From assembly GCA_902763365.1 (NCBI GenBank), contig CACWRT010000001.1, positions 20,943 through 84,942 of the forward strand: 64,000 nt of DNA. Direction: 5' to 3'. The notes beneath the pieces are model-generated. The model saw nothing but the letters and a program-made list of their open reading frames with translations. It was not told the origin of the DNA and did no database searches. The translations under genes were made by a program, and so were the position numbers. Shown piece by piece: positions 53,624 through 63,218 of the stretch; positions within the stretch are counted from its first letter, which is position 1, and each line of letters begins with the position of its first letter. This DNA comes from an uncultured Ruminococcus sp. (GTDB lineage Bacteria; Bacillota; Clostridia; Oscillospirales; Acutalibacteraceae).

Positions 53624-53652
53624 TTGAAATATTATAAATTGTATGGTAAAAT
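53624..53652 (+). promoter_or_regulatory. Sigma-A-type promoter candidate for purL
   Basis: TTGAAA 53624-53629, a 17-nt spacer, TAAAAT 53647-53652. Confidence 0.5.
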
Positions 53653-53740
53653 AAGATTGTTACAGGCAATACAGGGCGAAAGCAGGTGTAAAGCCGTCCG
53701 TTTTGCTTCAAACTGTTGACTAAAAAAGATAGGTGATAAA

Positions 53741-56700
53741 ATGGCAGTAAAAAGAATTTTTGTGGAAAAAAGAAAAGGCTTTGATGTAGAAGCATCAAAC
53801 CTTACAGCCGATATTCAGAAAAGTCTGGGTCTTACGGCTGTGGAAAATGTCAGGATCATCAACCGTTATGATATCAGCGGTATTGACGGAGATGATTTTG
53901 AAAAAGCAAAGAAAACTATTCTCAGTGAAACAAATGCGGATACCGTTTATGACGAGGTACTTCCCGAAGACAATGCCTATCGAATTTTCGCGATGGAATA
54001 TCTTCCCGGACAGTACGATCAGAGAGCTGACTCGGCTGCTCAGTGCGTTCAGCTGCTTACTCAGGGAGAACGACCGCAGGTAGTATCAGCTAAGGTTATC
54101 GGTGTAAAGGGCGATATCACCGACGCTGATCTTGAAAAAATAAAGCATTACCTTATTAACCCTGTTGAGTCAAGGGAAGCTTCTCTCCAAAAACCCGATT
54201 CACTTGATATGAAGTCGGATATTCCTGCCGATGTTGCGGTAGTTGAGGGCTTCACAAAATGGAATGACGAGGAAATGAAACAGTATTTTGACAGCATGGG
54301 TTTTGCAATGACTCTTTCTGATCTGAAATTCTGCCGTGACTATTTCCGTGACGACGAACACAGAGATCCTACCGTAACAGAGCTTCGTGTTATTGACACA
54401 TACTGGTCGGATCACTGCCGTCATACGACTTTCCTTACAAGACTTGAAAAAATTGAAATAGAAAAAACCGAGCTTACAAAAACAATAGAAGATGCCCTCT
54501 CTCTTTACTATGAAAGCAGAGATGAAATTTACGGCAAGGATACCGACAGGGATGTTTCTCTTATGGATATGGCTCTCGTTGGTATGAAGCTTCTCAGAAA
54601 GAAGGGCATGATACCTGACCTTGATCAGAGTGATGAGATAAATGCCTGCTCCATAGAAGTTCCCGTAACTATTGACGGCAAAACGCAGCAGTGGCTCGTT
54701 CAGTTTAAAAACGAAACTCATAACCACCCCACAGAGATCGAACCCTTCGGCGGCGCGGCAACCTGTCTTGGCGGCGCTATCCGTGATCCTCTGTCGGGCC
54801 GTGCATATGTATATCAGGCTATGCGTGTTACAGGTTCGGGTGATCCCACAGTTCCGTTTGAGAAAACTATGGAAGGCAAGCTGCCCTCAAGAAAAATTAC
54901 AACAGGCGCTGCGCAGGGATATAGCTCCTACGGCAACCAGATCGGTCTTGCAACAGGTCAGGTAGTTGAGCTTTATGACCCGGGCTATGCTGCAAAAAGA
55001 ATGGAGATTGGCGCGGTGATCGGCGCTTCGCCAAAGGAAAATGTTGTAAGAGGCGTGCCCGCTCCCGATGATATAATAGTCCTTCTCGGCGGAAGAACAG
55101 GCCGTGACGGCTGCGGCGGCGCAACAGGTTCTTCAAAGGCTCATACCATGGATTCGATCGAGACCTGCGGCGCAGAGGTTCAGAAGGGTAATCCCCCTAC
55201 AGAAAGAAAAATCCAGAGATTGTTCAGAAACAAGACAGTATCTACTATGATAAAACGCTGCAATGACTTCGGCGCAGGCGGCGTGTGTGTTGCTATCGGT
55301 GAACTGGCAGACGGTCTGACGGTCGATCTTGATAAAGTAACCAAAAAATATGACGGACTTGACGGTACAGAGCTTGCTATTTCAGAATCACAGGAAAGAA
55401 TGGCTGTTGTTCTTGAACCGAAGGATGTTGAGAAATTTATCGCAGAGGCGGATAAAGAAAACCTTGAAGCAACCGCAGTTGCGGTAGTTACGGAAGATCC
55501 CCGTCTGACAATGCACTGGAGAGGCAAGACTATAGTTGACCTGAGCAGAAAATTCCTCAATACAAACGGTGTCACACAGGTGGCGCAGGCTTATATCACA
55601 GCGCCGGACGCTGATAAGAATTACCGCACCCATGCTCCCGAGGCACTGAGAGATATGGATGCTGCCGAAAGCTTTAAGGCAAACCTGGGCAGACTTGAGG
55701 TATGTTCACAGCGCGGACTTTGCGAGAGATTTGACGCAAGTATCGGCGCAGCAACAGTTATGATGCCCTTCGGCGGAAAGACTCAGCTAACACCCGAAGA
55801 AGCAATGGCAGCAAAGATACCGCTGCTTGAGGGTGAAACAGATGATGCCACAGCAATGTCATATGGCTACATCCCCGGTATAGCAAAATGGAGTCCCTTC
55901 CACGGCGCAGCTTTTGCTGTTACCGAATCTCTTTCAAAGCTCCTTGCAATAGGCGCAGACCCGCTGAGTGCAAGACTTACCTTCCAGGAATATTTTGAGA
56001 GACTTCATGATGTTCCCTCACGTTGGGGCAAGCCTGCCGCTGCCCTTTTAGGTTCCCTTGTTGCTCAGATAAAGATGGGGCTTCCTTCAATAGGCGGCAA
56101 GGACAGTATGTCGGGTTCGTTTGAGGATCTTGATGTACCGCCGACATTAGTCAGCTTTGCTGTTGCTATGACAAAGGCTTCAAAGACAATTTCTGCCGAG
56201 TTTAAAAAGGCAGGTTCAAGAGTAATATATGTGCCTGTTCCCGAAGATAAGGCTGCTATGCTGCCCGACTGGGAAAAGCTTAAAGATATGTATCGCGCTG
56301 TTTATGCCCTTATGAGTGAGGGCAAGGTTTTAGCTGCTTCTACCGTAAAAGAGGGCGGCGCAGCAGCAGCCGTTGCAAAGATGTCTTTCGGCAACAAGAT
56401 CGGCTTCACATTTGCAAAAGAGCTTACAGCAGATGAACTCTATGCGCCGCTTTCCGGTTCGCTTATACTTGAGCTTGCAGACGGCGCGCAGCTTTCGGAA
56501 GGCGTTCTGTACTATGATCTTGGTACGACAACAGACGAGGAAACTATTGTATGCTGCGGCGCAGAGCTTTCTGTTGACGAACTTATAGACGCATGGGAAG
56601 AGAAGCTTGAAGGTGTATTTCCGTCAAAGGCTGCCTGCCCGAAGATAACCAGGAATATACCCCTCTATACCGAAAGAAATACATCTTCTCCTGTTATTAA

Positions 56701-57505
56701 GACAGCAAAACCGAAGGTATTCATTCCCGTATTCCCCGGTACAAACTGTGAAGTTGATACAGCAAGAGCATTTGCAAAAGCAGGTGCGGATCCTCAGCTT
56801 CTTATAGTGCGTAACCTGACTCCCGACGCTATTGAAGAGACTATCGCGGAGATGGTAAGACTTATAAATGAGTCACAGATGATAATGCTCCCCGGCGGAT
56901 TCTCGGGCGGTGATGAACCTGACGGTTCCGGTAAGTTCATAGCAACTACATTCCGCAACCCGAGAGTAAGCGAAGCAGTAAACGAACTGCTGAAAAACCG
57001 TGACGGTCTGATGCTTGGCATATGCAACGGTTTCCAGGCGCTTATCAAGCTGGGACTTGTTCCCTACGGTGAGATCAGGGAGCTTAAAGAGGACGATCCT
57101 ACGCTGACATTCAATACCATAGGCAGACATATTTCTCATATGGCATATACAAGAGTAACATCTGTAAAATCTCCGTGGCTTTCGGGTGTAAATGCAGGCG
57201 ATGTATTCTCCATTCCGATATCACACGGTGAGGGCAGATTCGTAGCCACAGATGAAATGCTCGATACACTTATAAAGAATGGTCAGGTAGCTACACAGTA
57301 CGTTGATCTTGACGGCAACCCTTCTGATGATATAGCCTTCAATACCAACGGTTCAGTATGCGCAATCGAAGGTATCACAAGCCCTGACGGACGTGTTCTC
57401 GGTAAAATGGGTCACTCCGAAAGAAAGGGAGAGAACCTTTATTTCAATACCCCGTTTGAAAAGGATCAGAAACTCTTTGAAAGCGGCGTAAAGTATTTTG
57501 AATAA
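53741..57505 (+). CDS. purL: Phosphoribosylformylglycinamidine synthase, single-chain (large) form
   Basis: This 1254-aa protein has an FGAM-synthase core (ETHNHPTEIEPFGGAATCLGGAIRD) and a C-terminal glutaminase domain (MLGICNGFQALIKLG, MGHSER). Confidence 0.97.
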   Translation: MAVKRIFVEKRKGFDVEASNLTADIQKSLGLTAVENVRIINRYDISGIDGDDFEKAKKTILSETNADTVYDEVLPEDNAYRIFAMEYLPGQYDQRADSAAQCVQLLTQGERPQVVSAKVIGVKGDITDADLEKIKHYLINPVESREASLQKPDSLDMKSDIPADVAVVEGFTKWNDEEMKQYFDSMGFAMTLSDLKFCRDYFRDDEHRDPTVTELRVIDTYWSDHCRHTTFLTRLEKIEIEKTELTKTIEDALSLYYESRDEIYGKDTDRDVSLMDMALVGMKLLRKKGMIPDLDQSDEINACSIEVPVTIDGKTQQWLVQFKNETHNHPTEIEPFGGAATCLGGAIRDPLSGRAYVYQAMRVTGSGDPTVPFEKTMEGKLPSRKITTGAAQGYSSYGNQIGLATGQVVELYDPGYAAKRMEIGAVIGASPKENVVRGVPAPDDIIVLLGGRTGRDGCGGATGSSKAHTMDSIETCGAEVQKGNPPTERKIQRLFRNKTVSTMIKRCNDFGAGGVCVAIGELADGLTVDLDKVTKKYDGLDGTELAISESQERMAVVLEPKDVEKFIAEADKENLEATAVAVVTEDPRLTMHWRGKTIVDLSRKFLNTNGVTQVAQAYITAPDADKNYRTHAPEALRDMDAAESFKANLGRLEVCSQRGLCERFDASIGAATVMMPFGGKTQLTPEEAMAAKIPLLEGETDDATAMSYGYIPGIAKWSPFHGAAFAVTESLSKLLAIGADPLSARLTFQEYFERLHDVPSRWGKPAAALLGSLVAQIKMGLPSIGGKDSMSGSFEDLDVPPTLVSFAVAMTKASKTISAEFKKAGSRVIYVPVPEDKAAMLPDWEKLKDMYRAVYALMSEGKVLAASTVKEGGAAAAVAKMSFGNKIGFTFAKELTADELYAPLSGSLILELADGAQLSEGVLYYDLGTTTDEETIVCCGAELSVDELIDAWEEKLEGVFPSKAACPKITRNIPLYTERNTSSPVIKTAKPKVFIPVFPGTNCEVDTARAFAKAGADPQLLIVRNLTPDAIEETIAEMVRLINESQMIMLPGGFSGGDEPDGSGKFIATTFRNPRVSEAVNELLKNRDGLMLGICNGFQALIKLGLVPYGEIRELKEDDPTLTFNTIGRHISHMAYTRVTSVKSPWLSGVNAGDVFSIPISHGEGRFVATDEMLDTLIKNGQVATQYVDLDGNPSDDIAFNTNGSVCAIEGITSPDGRVLGKMGHSERKGENLYFNTPFEKDQKLFESGVKYFE

Positions 57506-57515
57506 TATATAAAAA

Positions 57516-57554
57516 CTGACACTGTTCCTTCGGAAATGAATGGAACGGTGTCAG
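57516..57554. terminator. Bidirectional terminator between convergent purL and cls
   Basis: CTGACACTGTTCC ... GGAACGGTGTCAG, a 13-bp stem with one G-T pair. Confidence 0.85.
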
Positions 57555-57574
57555 TATTTATATTATAACATAGA

Positions 57575-59149
57575 TCACATAAGAGGAGCAAACAGCTTCA
57601 TGATACTTGCTTGTACTCTGTATTTTTTCTTATCTTTTTTAATGGATTCATCGGTTACTTTTGAGCAGTAGGCAAGGGTGGTCATGTAATCCTGTTTAAT
57701 ATTGCTTATACAGCTTGTTTTGTACAAATATGTGGCACATTCAAAGTGATGATAAAGACTTCTGTAGTCAAGATTGATCGTGCCTACCACAGCTTTTATA
57801 TCATCGCATACAAAAACCTTTGCATGAACAAACCCCGGGGTATACTCGTATATTTCAATGCCTGCATCCACAAGGTATTTGTAATGAGTTTTAGCAAGTG
57901 CATACGGTCCTTTTTTATCAGGTATTCCGGGGAGTATCAGCTTGACGTCTATACCTCTCTGGGCAGCAAATTTAAGAGCTGACTCAAGTTCATTGTCAAG
58001 TATCAGATAGGGAGTCATTATGTATACATATTTTTTAGCCCTGTTGAGAATGTCCATATATACGTTTTCTCCTACTTTGTATTCGTCAAGCGGATTGTCT
58101 GAATAGGGCATTACAAAACCGTCGCTTTTTGCAGGAACCGAAAGTCCTAAAAATTCATCCCACTGTTCCTCTTTCTCTGTAAGATTCCACATCTGGAGAA
58201 ACATGGCGGTAAAACTGTCTACGGATTCGCCCTTCAGCATTACTGCGGTATCCTTCCAGTGACCGAAGCGGTAATGCTTATTGATGTATTCGTCAGCAAG
58301 GTTTACACCGCCGTTGAAAGCAACTTTGCCGTCTATTACAAGTATTTTTCTGTGATCACGGTAGTTGTAATGGGTGGAGATAATCGGGTGTATCCTTGAA
58401 AAGGCTTTGCATTTGATGCCGAGCTTCTCCATATATACAGGATATCTTGAGGAAAGCGTTGACAGCTCGCACATACCGTCATACATAACACGCACATCGA
58501 CCCCCTGCGCAGCTTTATCGGCAAGTATTTTCAGTATGCTGCCCCACATATAGCCTTCGGTGATAATAAAGTATTCGAGGAAGATGAATTTTTCTGCTTT
58601 TTTAAGCTCTTCAAGCAGCGCTTCAAATTTTGCTTCGCCCAATGGGAAATATGTTACTTCCGTGTTTTGGTAGATGGGGAAGTTGCCGCTTTTATTAAGG
58701 TAACGGCAAAGGTCGTCGGTTCCTGATGAAACTATGTCGGGGTTATTAATTACAGCTGTATCCTGCCTGAGTTTTCCCTTGCTATGGTTATTCAGTTCAC
58801 GAAGCCTTGTTTCTATCCTGCGGTAGCCAATATGTTTTTCAGCGATCAGAAGCATGATGGAAACCTGGGCAGGAAAAAGAAACATAAGCACCAGCCACGT
58901 CAGCTTTGAGGTTGCATCCATGTCGCTTTTGAAAAGATGGAAAAACATAATGAATGTAAAAAACAGCATAAAAATGGCAAATAACGGAGAATATTCATCG
59001 AGTATGTCAGTAATTACGGCAAACAGCAGTATCTGAAGTCCCAAAGATAGAAATACTAATCCGACTCTGCCGAAAATACGCCGCAAAGTACCCATTGTAC
59101 CTTTTTTCATAAGTCGAAGCACGTTAGGATCTTCTTCAGTTTTTTTCAT
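57575..59149 (-). CDS. cls: Cardiolipin synthase
   Basis: It has two N-terminal TM helices and two HKD motifs (HRKILVIDG...; HAKVFVCDD...). GGAGG SD. The start is trimmed to 59149. Confidence 0.93.
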   Translation of the reverse strand: MKKTEEDPNVLRLMKKGTMGTLRRIFGRVGLVFLSLGLQILLFAVITDILDEYSPLFAIFMLFFTFIMFFHLFKSDMDATSKLTWLVLMFLFPAQVSIMLLIAEKHIGYRRIETRLRELNNHSKGKLRQDTAVINNPDIVSSGTDDLCRYLNKSGNFPIYQNTEVTYFPLGEAKFEALLEELKKAEKFIFLEYFIITEGYMWGSILKILADKAAQGVDVRVMYDGMCELSTLSSRYPVYMEKLGIKCKAFSRIHPIISTHYNYRDHRKILVIDGKVAFNGGVNLADEYINKHYRFGHWKDTAVMLKGESVDSFTAMFLQMWNLTEKEEQWDEFLGLSVPAKSDGFVMPYSDNPLDEYKVGENVYMDILNRAKKYVYIMTPYLILDNELESALKFAAQRGIDVKLILPGIPDKKGPYALAKTHYKYLVDAGIEIYEYTPGFVHAKVFVCDDIKAVVGTINLDYRSLYHHFECATYLYKTSCISNIKQDYMTTLAYCSKVTDESIKKDKKKYRVQASIMKLFAPLM

Positions 59150-59370
59150 TTTTAAAATACCTCCATAAAACTGTATATTTTTGTATATTATAGCATATTT
59201 TTTTGTTTTAGTCATTGTAATTCAGCAATTTTGTTGCAAAGTGTGGAAAAATAATATATAATGATAGTATTGAGCAGCCTTTTATAATTGAATAGTAATA
59301 TAATATAATGCCGACGATTTGGTTATAAGACGGATCTGATGAAGAATTATATGCAAGGAGTGTTGAAAAA

Positions 59371-60162
59371 ATGATTTGTCCGAGTTGTGGAGCAAATGTC
59401 TCTGACGGGACGAAGTTTTGCCCTGAATGCGGTAAGCCTATGCCTGTGAACGGTTCGTACCAAGGGGGTAATAATAATCCGCCGACTTACGGCCAGCCGA
59501 TGGATCAGCAGCCCTATGGTCAGCCGCAGGCTCCGATGCCCGGTTATGGGCAGCCTCAGGGTCAGATGCCGACCTACAGTCAGCCGCAGGCTCCGATGCC
59601 CGGTTATGGACAGCCCCAGGGTCAGATGCCTGCTTACGGACAGTCACAGGGATATGCGCCGCCGCCGCTGAACATTGCAAGTATGACTCCTCTTCAGGCA
59701 GCTGAAGCACGATTTCCCATGAAGTGGTACAAGTTTCTGATTTATTTTGCTTTGATCGCAGGTGCATTGTTGAATCTTGGAAAATCCTTTATGTATTTTA
59801 GCGGAACATTATATGGTGATGTTGCCCCGGAACAGATTTACTCTTATTTTGAAGGGCTGAGAGTTCTGGATATATTTATGGGAATAGCCTCAATAGCTGT
59901 TGCCAGTTTAGGAATAGTAGCATGGTATCATCTTTTGAAATTCAAGAAGAGAGGACCTGTACTGCTGTATGCTCTTTATGGAATATGTGCGCTTATCAAT
60001 ATTGTATATTGTCTTGTTTCCGTATCTATAGCTTCCGGTGCGGGAGCAAATGCTTCAGATATCATAACTTCAAATATGATATCTCCCATTATTTCAAATC
60101 TGATATGGCTTTCCGTAAATTTCTCATATTTCAATAAACGTAAAGAACTGTTTGTTAACTGA
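59371..60162 (+). CDS. Zinc-ribbon membrane protein with a Pro/Gln/Gly-rich repeat linker
   Basis: MICPSCGANVSDGTKFCPECG (zinc ribbon) is followed by (PYGQPQAPMPGYGQPQGQMP)n and then about four TM helices. Confidence 0.8.
   Translation: MICPSCGANVSDGTKFCPECGKPMPVNGSYQGGNNNPPTYGQPMDQQPYGQPQAPMPGYGQPQGQMPTYSQPQAPMPGYGQPQGQMPAYGQSQGYAPPPLNIASMTPLQAAEARFPMKWYKFLIYFALIAGALLNLGKSFMYFSGTLYGDVAPEQIYSYFEGLRVLDIFMGIASIAVASLGIVAWYHLLKFKKRGPVLLYALYGICALINIVYCLVSVSIASGAGANASDIITSNMISPIISNLIWLSVNFSYFNKRKELFVN
59521..59640 (+). repeat. In-frame 60-bp tandem duplication (2 copies, 53/60 identical)
   Basis: 59521-59580 and 59581-59640 are aligned by eye. Confidence 0.9.
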
Positions 60163-60454
60163 TAGGCAAAACAATTCACTTACAGATCCTGTTCGCAGCG
60201 GATAGGGTCTGTAACTGTTTTATCTATAAATTGGAGATTAATTGGGAAAAAGACGTTGATGTTTTATAATAAAAGTAGAAAAAAATATAAGTTGATAAGT
60301 TAGGTTGACTACAGGGAATTTTAGTTTTATAATGATAATGGTGTATAGCGGAAATCTGTGGATATGTACCTTTCCGCTGAACATCATGAGGGAGTCTTTG
60401 AAATGTTGTAAATTCTCTCTGCCAAAAAATATTAAGGATAGGTATGTGTTTGAT

Positions 60455-61498
60455 ATGAAATCTATCGGAGTATTGGGCGCGGGCACATGGGGAACAGCGC
60501 TTGCAAGAATGCTTGCGAAAAGTGATAACAGCGTTGTTGTATGGTCAGCACTGGAAAATGAAATTGATGAACTGTCCGAAAAATATGTTCATCCAAAGCT
60601 TCCCGGAGTAGAGATACCGAGAAGTGTAAAGTTCACTAAAAATATAAAAGATGCCTGTGTCGGGACGGATATGGTAATATTTGCGACACCGTCGGTTTTT
60701 ATACGCTCAACCGCAGGATCGGCTTCACGGTATCTTGACCCCGCTCAGATAATAATAAATGTGTCCAAGGGCATGGAAAAGGATACGCTTTTCACTATGA
60801 CTCAGGTCATAAGCGACGAGCTGCTTAAAAATACAGGAAAGAGTTTTAAGAAGATCGTTGCTCTTACAGGGCCTACTCATGCGGAAGAGGTTGCGGTCGA
60901 TATGCCTACGGCTATAGTGTCTGCCTGTGAGGATATTGAAACAGCAGAGATCGTTCAGGATGTATTTATGAATACCTGCCTGAGAGTATATACGAATGAG
61001 GATGTGAAGGGCGTTGAGATCTGCGGCGCTATGAAAAACATTATTGCTCTTGCCGCAGGCATACTTACAGGTCTTGGCTACGGCGACAATGTTCGGGCAG
61101 CCCTTATCACAAGAGGTCTTGCCGAGATAACCCGTCTTGGTCTTGCCATGGGCTGTATGGAACAGACATTCTACGGACTTGCAGGCATAGGCGATCTTAT
61201 TGTTACGGCAACAAGCCGTCACAGCAGAAACTATCAGTGCGGTCAGCTCATCGGTCAGGGTGTGGAAACCAAAGAGGCAGTCAGACGGATAGGCATGGTA
61301 GTAGAAGGCATCAATGCCATTCCTGCTGCACTGGAGCTTAAAGAAAAATATAATGTTGAGCTTCCGATCATTGAGTCCGCCGATGCAGTTGTGAATCACG
61401 GTATTGATCCTCAGAAAGCTCTGAATGAGCTTATGATAAGAGATAAAAGAAGTGAGCTTTCCAAGCGTAATAACAGAACGCAGGAGTGCCTGTCATGA
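60455..61498 (+). CDS. gpsA: NAD(P)H-dependent glycerol-3-phosphate dehydrogenase
   Basis: [17 protein letters not shown] and the GpsA core ([18 protein letters not shown]) are present. The upstream part of the track ORF has no support. Confidence 0.93.
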   Translation: MKSIGVLGAGTWGTALARMLAKSDNSVVVWSALENEIDELSEKYVHPKLPGVEIPRSVKFTKNIKDACVGTDMVIFATPSVFIRSTAGSASRYLDPAQIIINVSKGMEKDTLFTMTQVISDELLKNTGKSFKKIVALTGPTHAEEVAVDMPTAIVSACEDIETAEIVQDVFMNTCLRVYTNEDVKGVEICGAMKNIIALAAGILTGLGYGDNVRAALITRGLAEITRLGLAMGCMEQTFYGLAGIGDLIVTATSRHSRNYQCGQLIGQGVETKEAVRRIGMVVEGINAIPAALELKEKYNVELPIIESADAVVNHGIDPQKALNELMIRDKRSELSKRNNRTQECLS

Positions 61499-61593
61499 AA
61501 GAAATTATTACAGCAGGCGGCAGCAGTACAAGGTTTTATCCTCTGACGAAGGCAACATCCAAACAGCTTCTGCCTATGTATGATATTTTATAA
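61495..61593 (+). pseudogene. rfbA: Glucose-1-phosphate thymidylyltransferase (RfbA-type) 5' stub, 32 codons
   Basis: [30 protein letters not shown] matches the RfbA N-terminus (GGxGTRLxPxT...SKQLLPxYDKP). It is then cut off by repeat DNA (IL*). AGGAG SD. ATGA overlap with the gpsA stop. Confidence 0.7.
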
Positions 61594-61608
61594 GAGACGG
61601 CTGTGTTG

Positions 61609-61755
61609 CACGGAAATCAATTTACGAAGATCATATAAGATAAAATTTGTTTTTGGGGAAAGGGGTCCGGGGCGCAGAGCCTGCGCCTTGGTCGCTGCGT
61701 TAGCAGCGAAACAAGTCTCCAAATCTTTCGTCAATGTCTTAGGTTGACGGCGTTT
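61609..61755 (+). repeat. Chimeric repeat: left part of the 53508-type element fused to the right part of the 153-bp MITE-like element
   Basis: cacggaaatcaatttacgaagatcatataagataaaatttgttttt matches 53508-53553. ...ttggtcgctgcgttagcagcgaaacaagtctccaaatctttcgtcaatgtcttaggttgac is identical to 44523-44583. Confidence 0.8.
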
Positions 61756-61845
61756 GGGGTAAAAGGTGAATTTTTTGCTGCAACAAATGCGGCAGGATAT
61801 ACACTTGATATTTTTTGACTGAAAATTTATTGAGGAAGTGACTTT

Positions 61846-62892
61846 ATGTATCCTTTGGACTTAAAGGGGAAAACAGTTCTCATTACGGGAGCTGCGGGAT
61901 TTATTGGTGCAAATCTTGCGCTGAGATTATTGAAAGAAGGAAATACGGGCAGAATTGTCGGTATCGACAATATGAATGATTATTATGATGTCAGGCTGAA
62001 AGAGTACAGACTCCGTCAGCTTGAGGAATACAGTAATTTTGAATTTATAAAATGTGATATAGCAGACAAGGATAAGATAGAAGAGCTGTTTGAAAAATAC
62101 AAGCCTTCTGTTGTTGTGAATCTTGCTGCCCAGGCGGGAGTCAGGTATTCAATAACCAATCCCGACGCGTATATACAATCAAACCTTGTGGGATTTTTTA
62201 ATATACTTGAGGCCTGTAGGAATAATCCTGTGGAGCATCTTGTATATGCGTCCAGTTCGTCAGTATACGGATCAAATAAAAAAGTTCCGTATTCCACAGA
62301 TGATAGGGTGGATAATCCCGTATCTCTTTATGCCGCAACAAAAAAATCCAATGAGCTTATGGCGCACGCTTATGCCAAGCTTTATAATATTCCGTGTACG
62401 GGACTTAGATTTTTTACGGTATACGGTCCTGCGGGCAGACCTGATATGGCATATTTCGGGTTTACTGATAAGCTCGTCAGGGGAGAAAAAATACAGATCT
62501 TCAATTACGGCAATTGTAAAAGAGATTTTACCTACATAGATGACATAGTTGAAGGTGTAGTCAGAGTCATGCAGGGAGCGCCTGAAAAGAAAAACGGTGA
62601 TGACGGACTGCCGATACCGCCTTATGCTGTATATAATATCGGAAACCATTCTCCGGAGAATTTGCTTGATTTTGTAACTATACTGCAAGAGGAACTGACC
62701 GATGCAGGCGTTCTTCCGAAGGACTATGATTTTGAATCGCATAAGGAGCTTGTTCCGATGCAGCCGGGTGATGTGCCTGTTACATATGCAGATACACAGG
62801 CGCTCGAAAGGGATTACGGTTTCAGTCCCGACACTCCGCTGAGAGATGGTCTCAGGCGGTTTGCAAGATGGTACAAGGAGTTTTATATGTAA
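61846..62892 (+). CDS. NAD-dependent epimerase/dehydratase (UDP-glucuronate 4-epimerase-like SDR)
   Basis: TGAAGFIGANLALRL, ASSSSVYG and YAATKKSNE (YxxxK) are present. Confidence 0.88.
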   Translation: MYPLDLKGKTVLITGAAGFIGANLALRLLKEGNTGRIVGIDNMNDYYDVRLKEYRLRQLEEYSNFEFIKCDIADKDKIEELFEKYKPSVVVNLAAQAGVRYSITNPDAYIQSNLVGFFNILEACRNNPVEHLVYASSSSVYGSNKKVPYSTDDRVDNPVSLYAATKKSNELMAHAYAKLYNIPCTGLRFFTVYGPAGRPDMAYFGFTDKLVRGEKIQIFNYGNCKRDFTYIDDIVEGVVRVMQGAPEKKNGDDGLPIPPYAVYNIGNHSPENLLDFVTILQEELTDAGVLPKDYDFESHKELVPMQPGDVPVTYADTQALERDYGFSPDTPLRDGLRRFARWYKEFYM

Positions 62893-62930
62893 TAGTTTAC
62901 GTTAACAAAAATGTTCAGGCCATAAAAAGC

Positions 62931-62955
62931 GCATCGCTTCGGCGGTGCATTTTTT
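62931..62955 (+). terminator. Rho-independent terminator
   Basis: GCATCGC-ttcg-GCGGTGC followed by ATTTTTT. Confidence 0.7.
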
Positions 62956-63218
62956 ATACCAAAAGTCATTCATTATGGAGCTTGACATTTTGAAGACTGC
63001 AATGACGAATAATTTCAAGAAGATCCGTCGATTGCGTTCGGGATGATAGTACGGGCAAAAACATTTGTCATTAACTATAGAAAAGGATTTATCCTGCTGA
63101 AAATTGATTTTTATGAATAATGTTGATATGTTATTTACTTTTTTATCGAATAATGATAAAATATATGTAATGTTATATTTTTCACTTGTCAGCGGAATAT
63201 ATTTTCAAAGGAGAAGTT

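Noticed and set aside
53653-53740. A purine or ZTP riboswitch, or a PurR box, upstream of purL.
   Set aside because: The leader is only ~90 nt. It lacks the guanine-riboswitch junction motifs, the ZTP CCGCCTGGGC-type pseudoknot motif, and any PurBox-like CCGAAC site.
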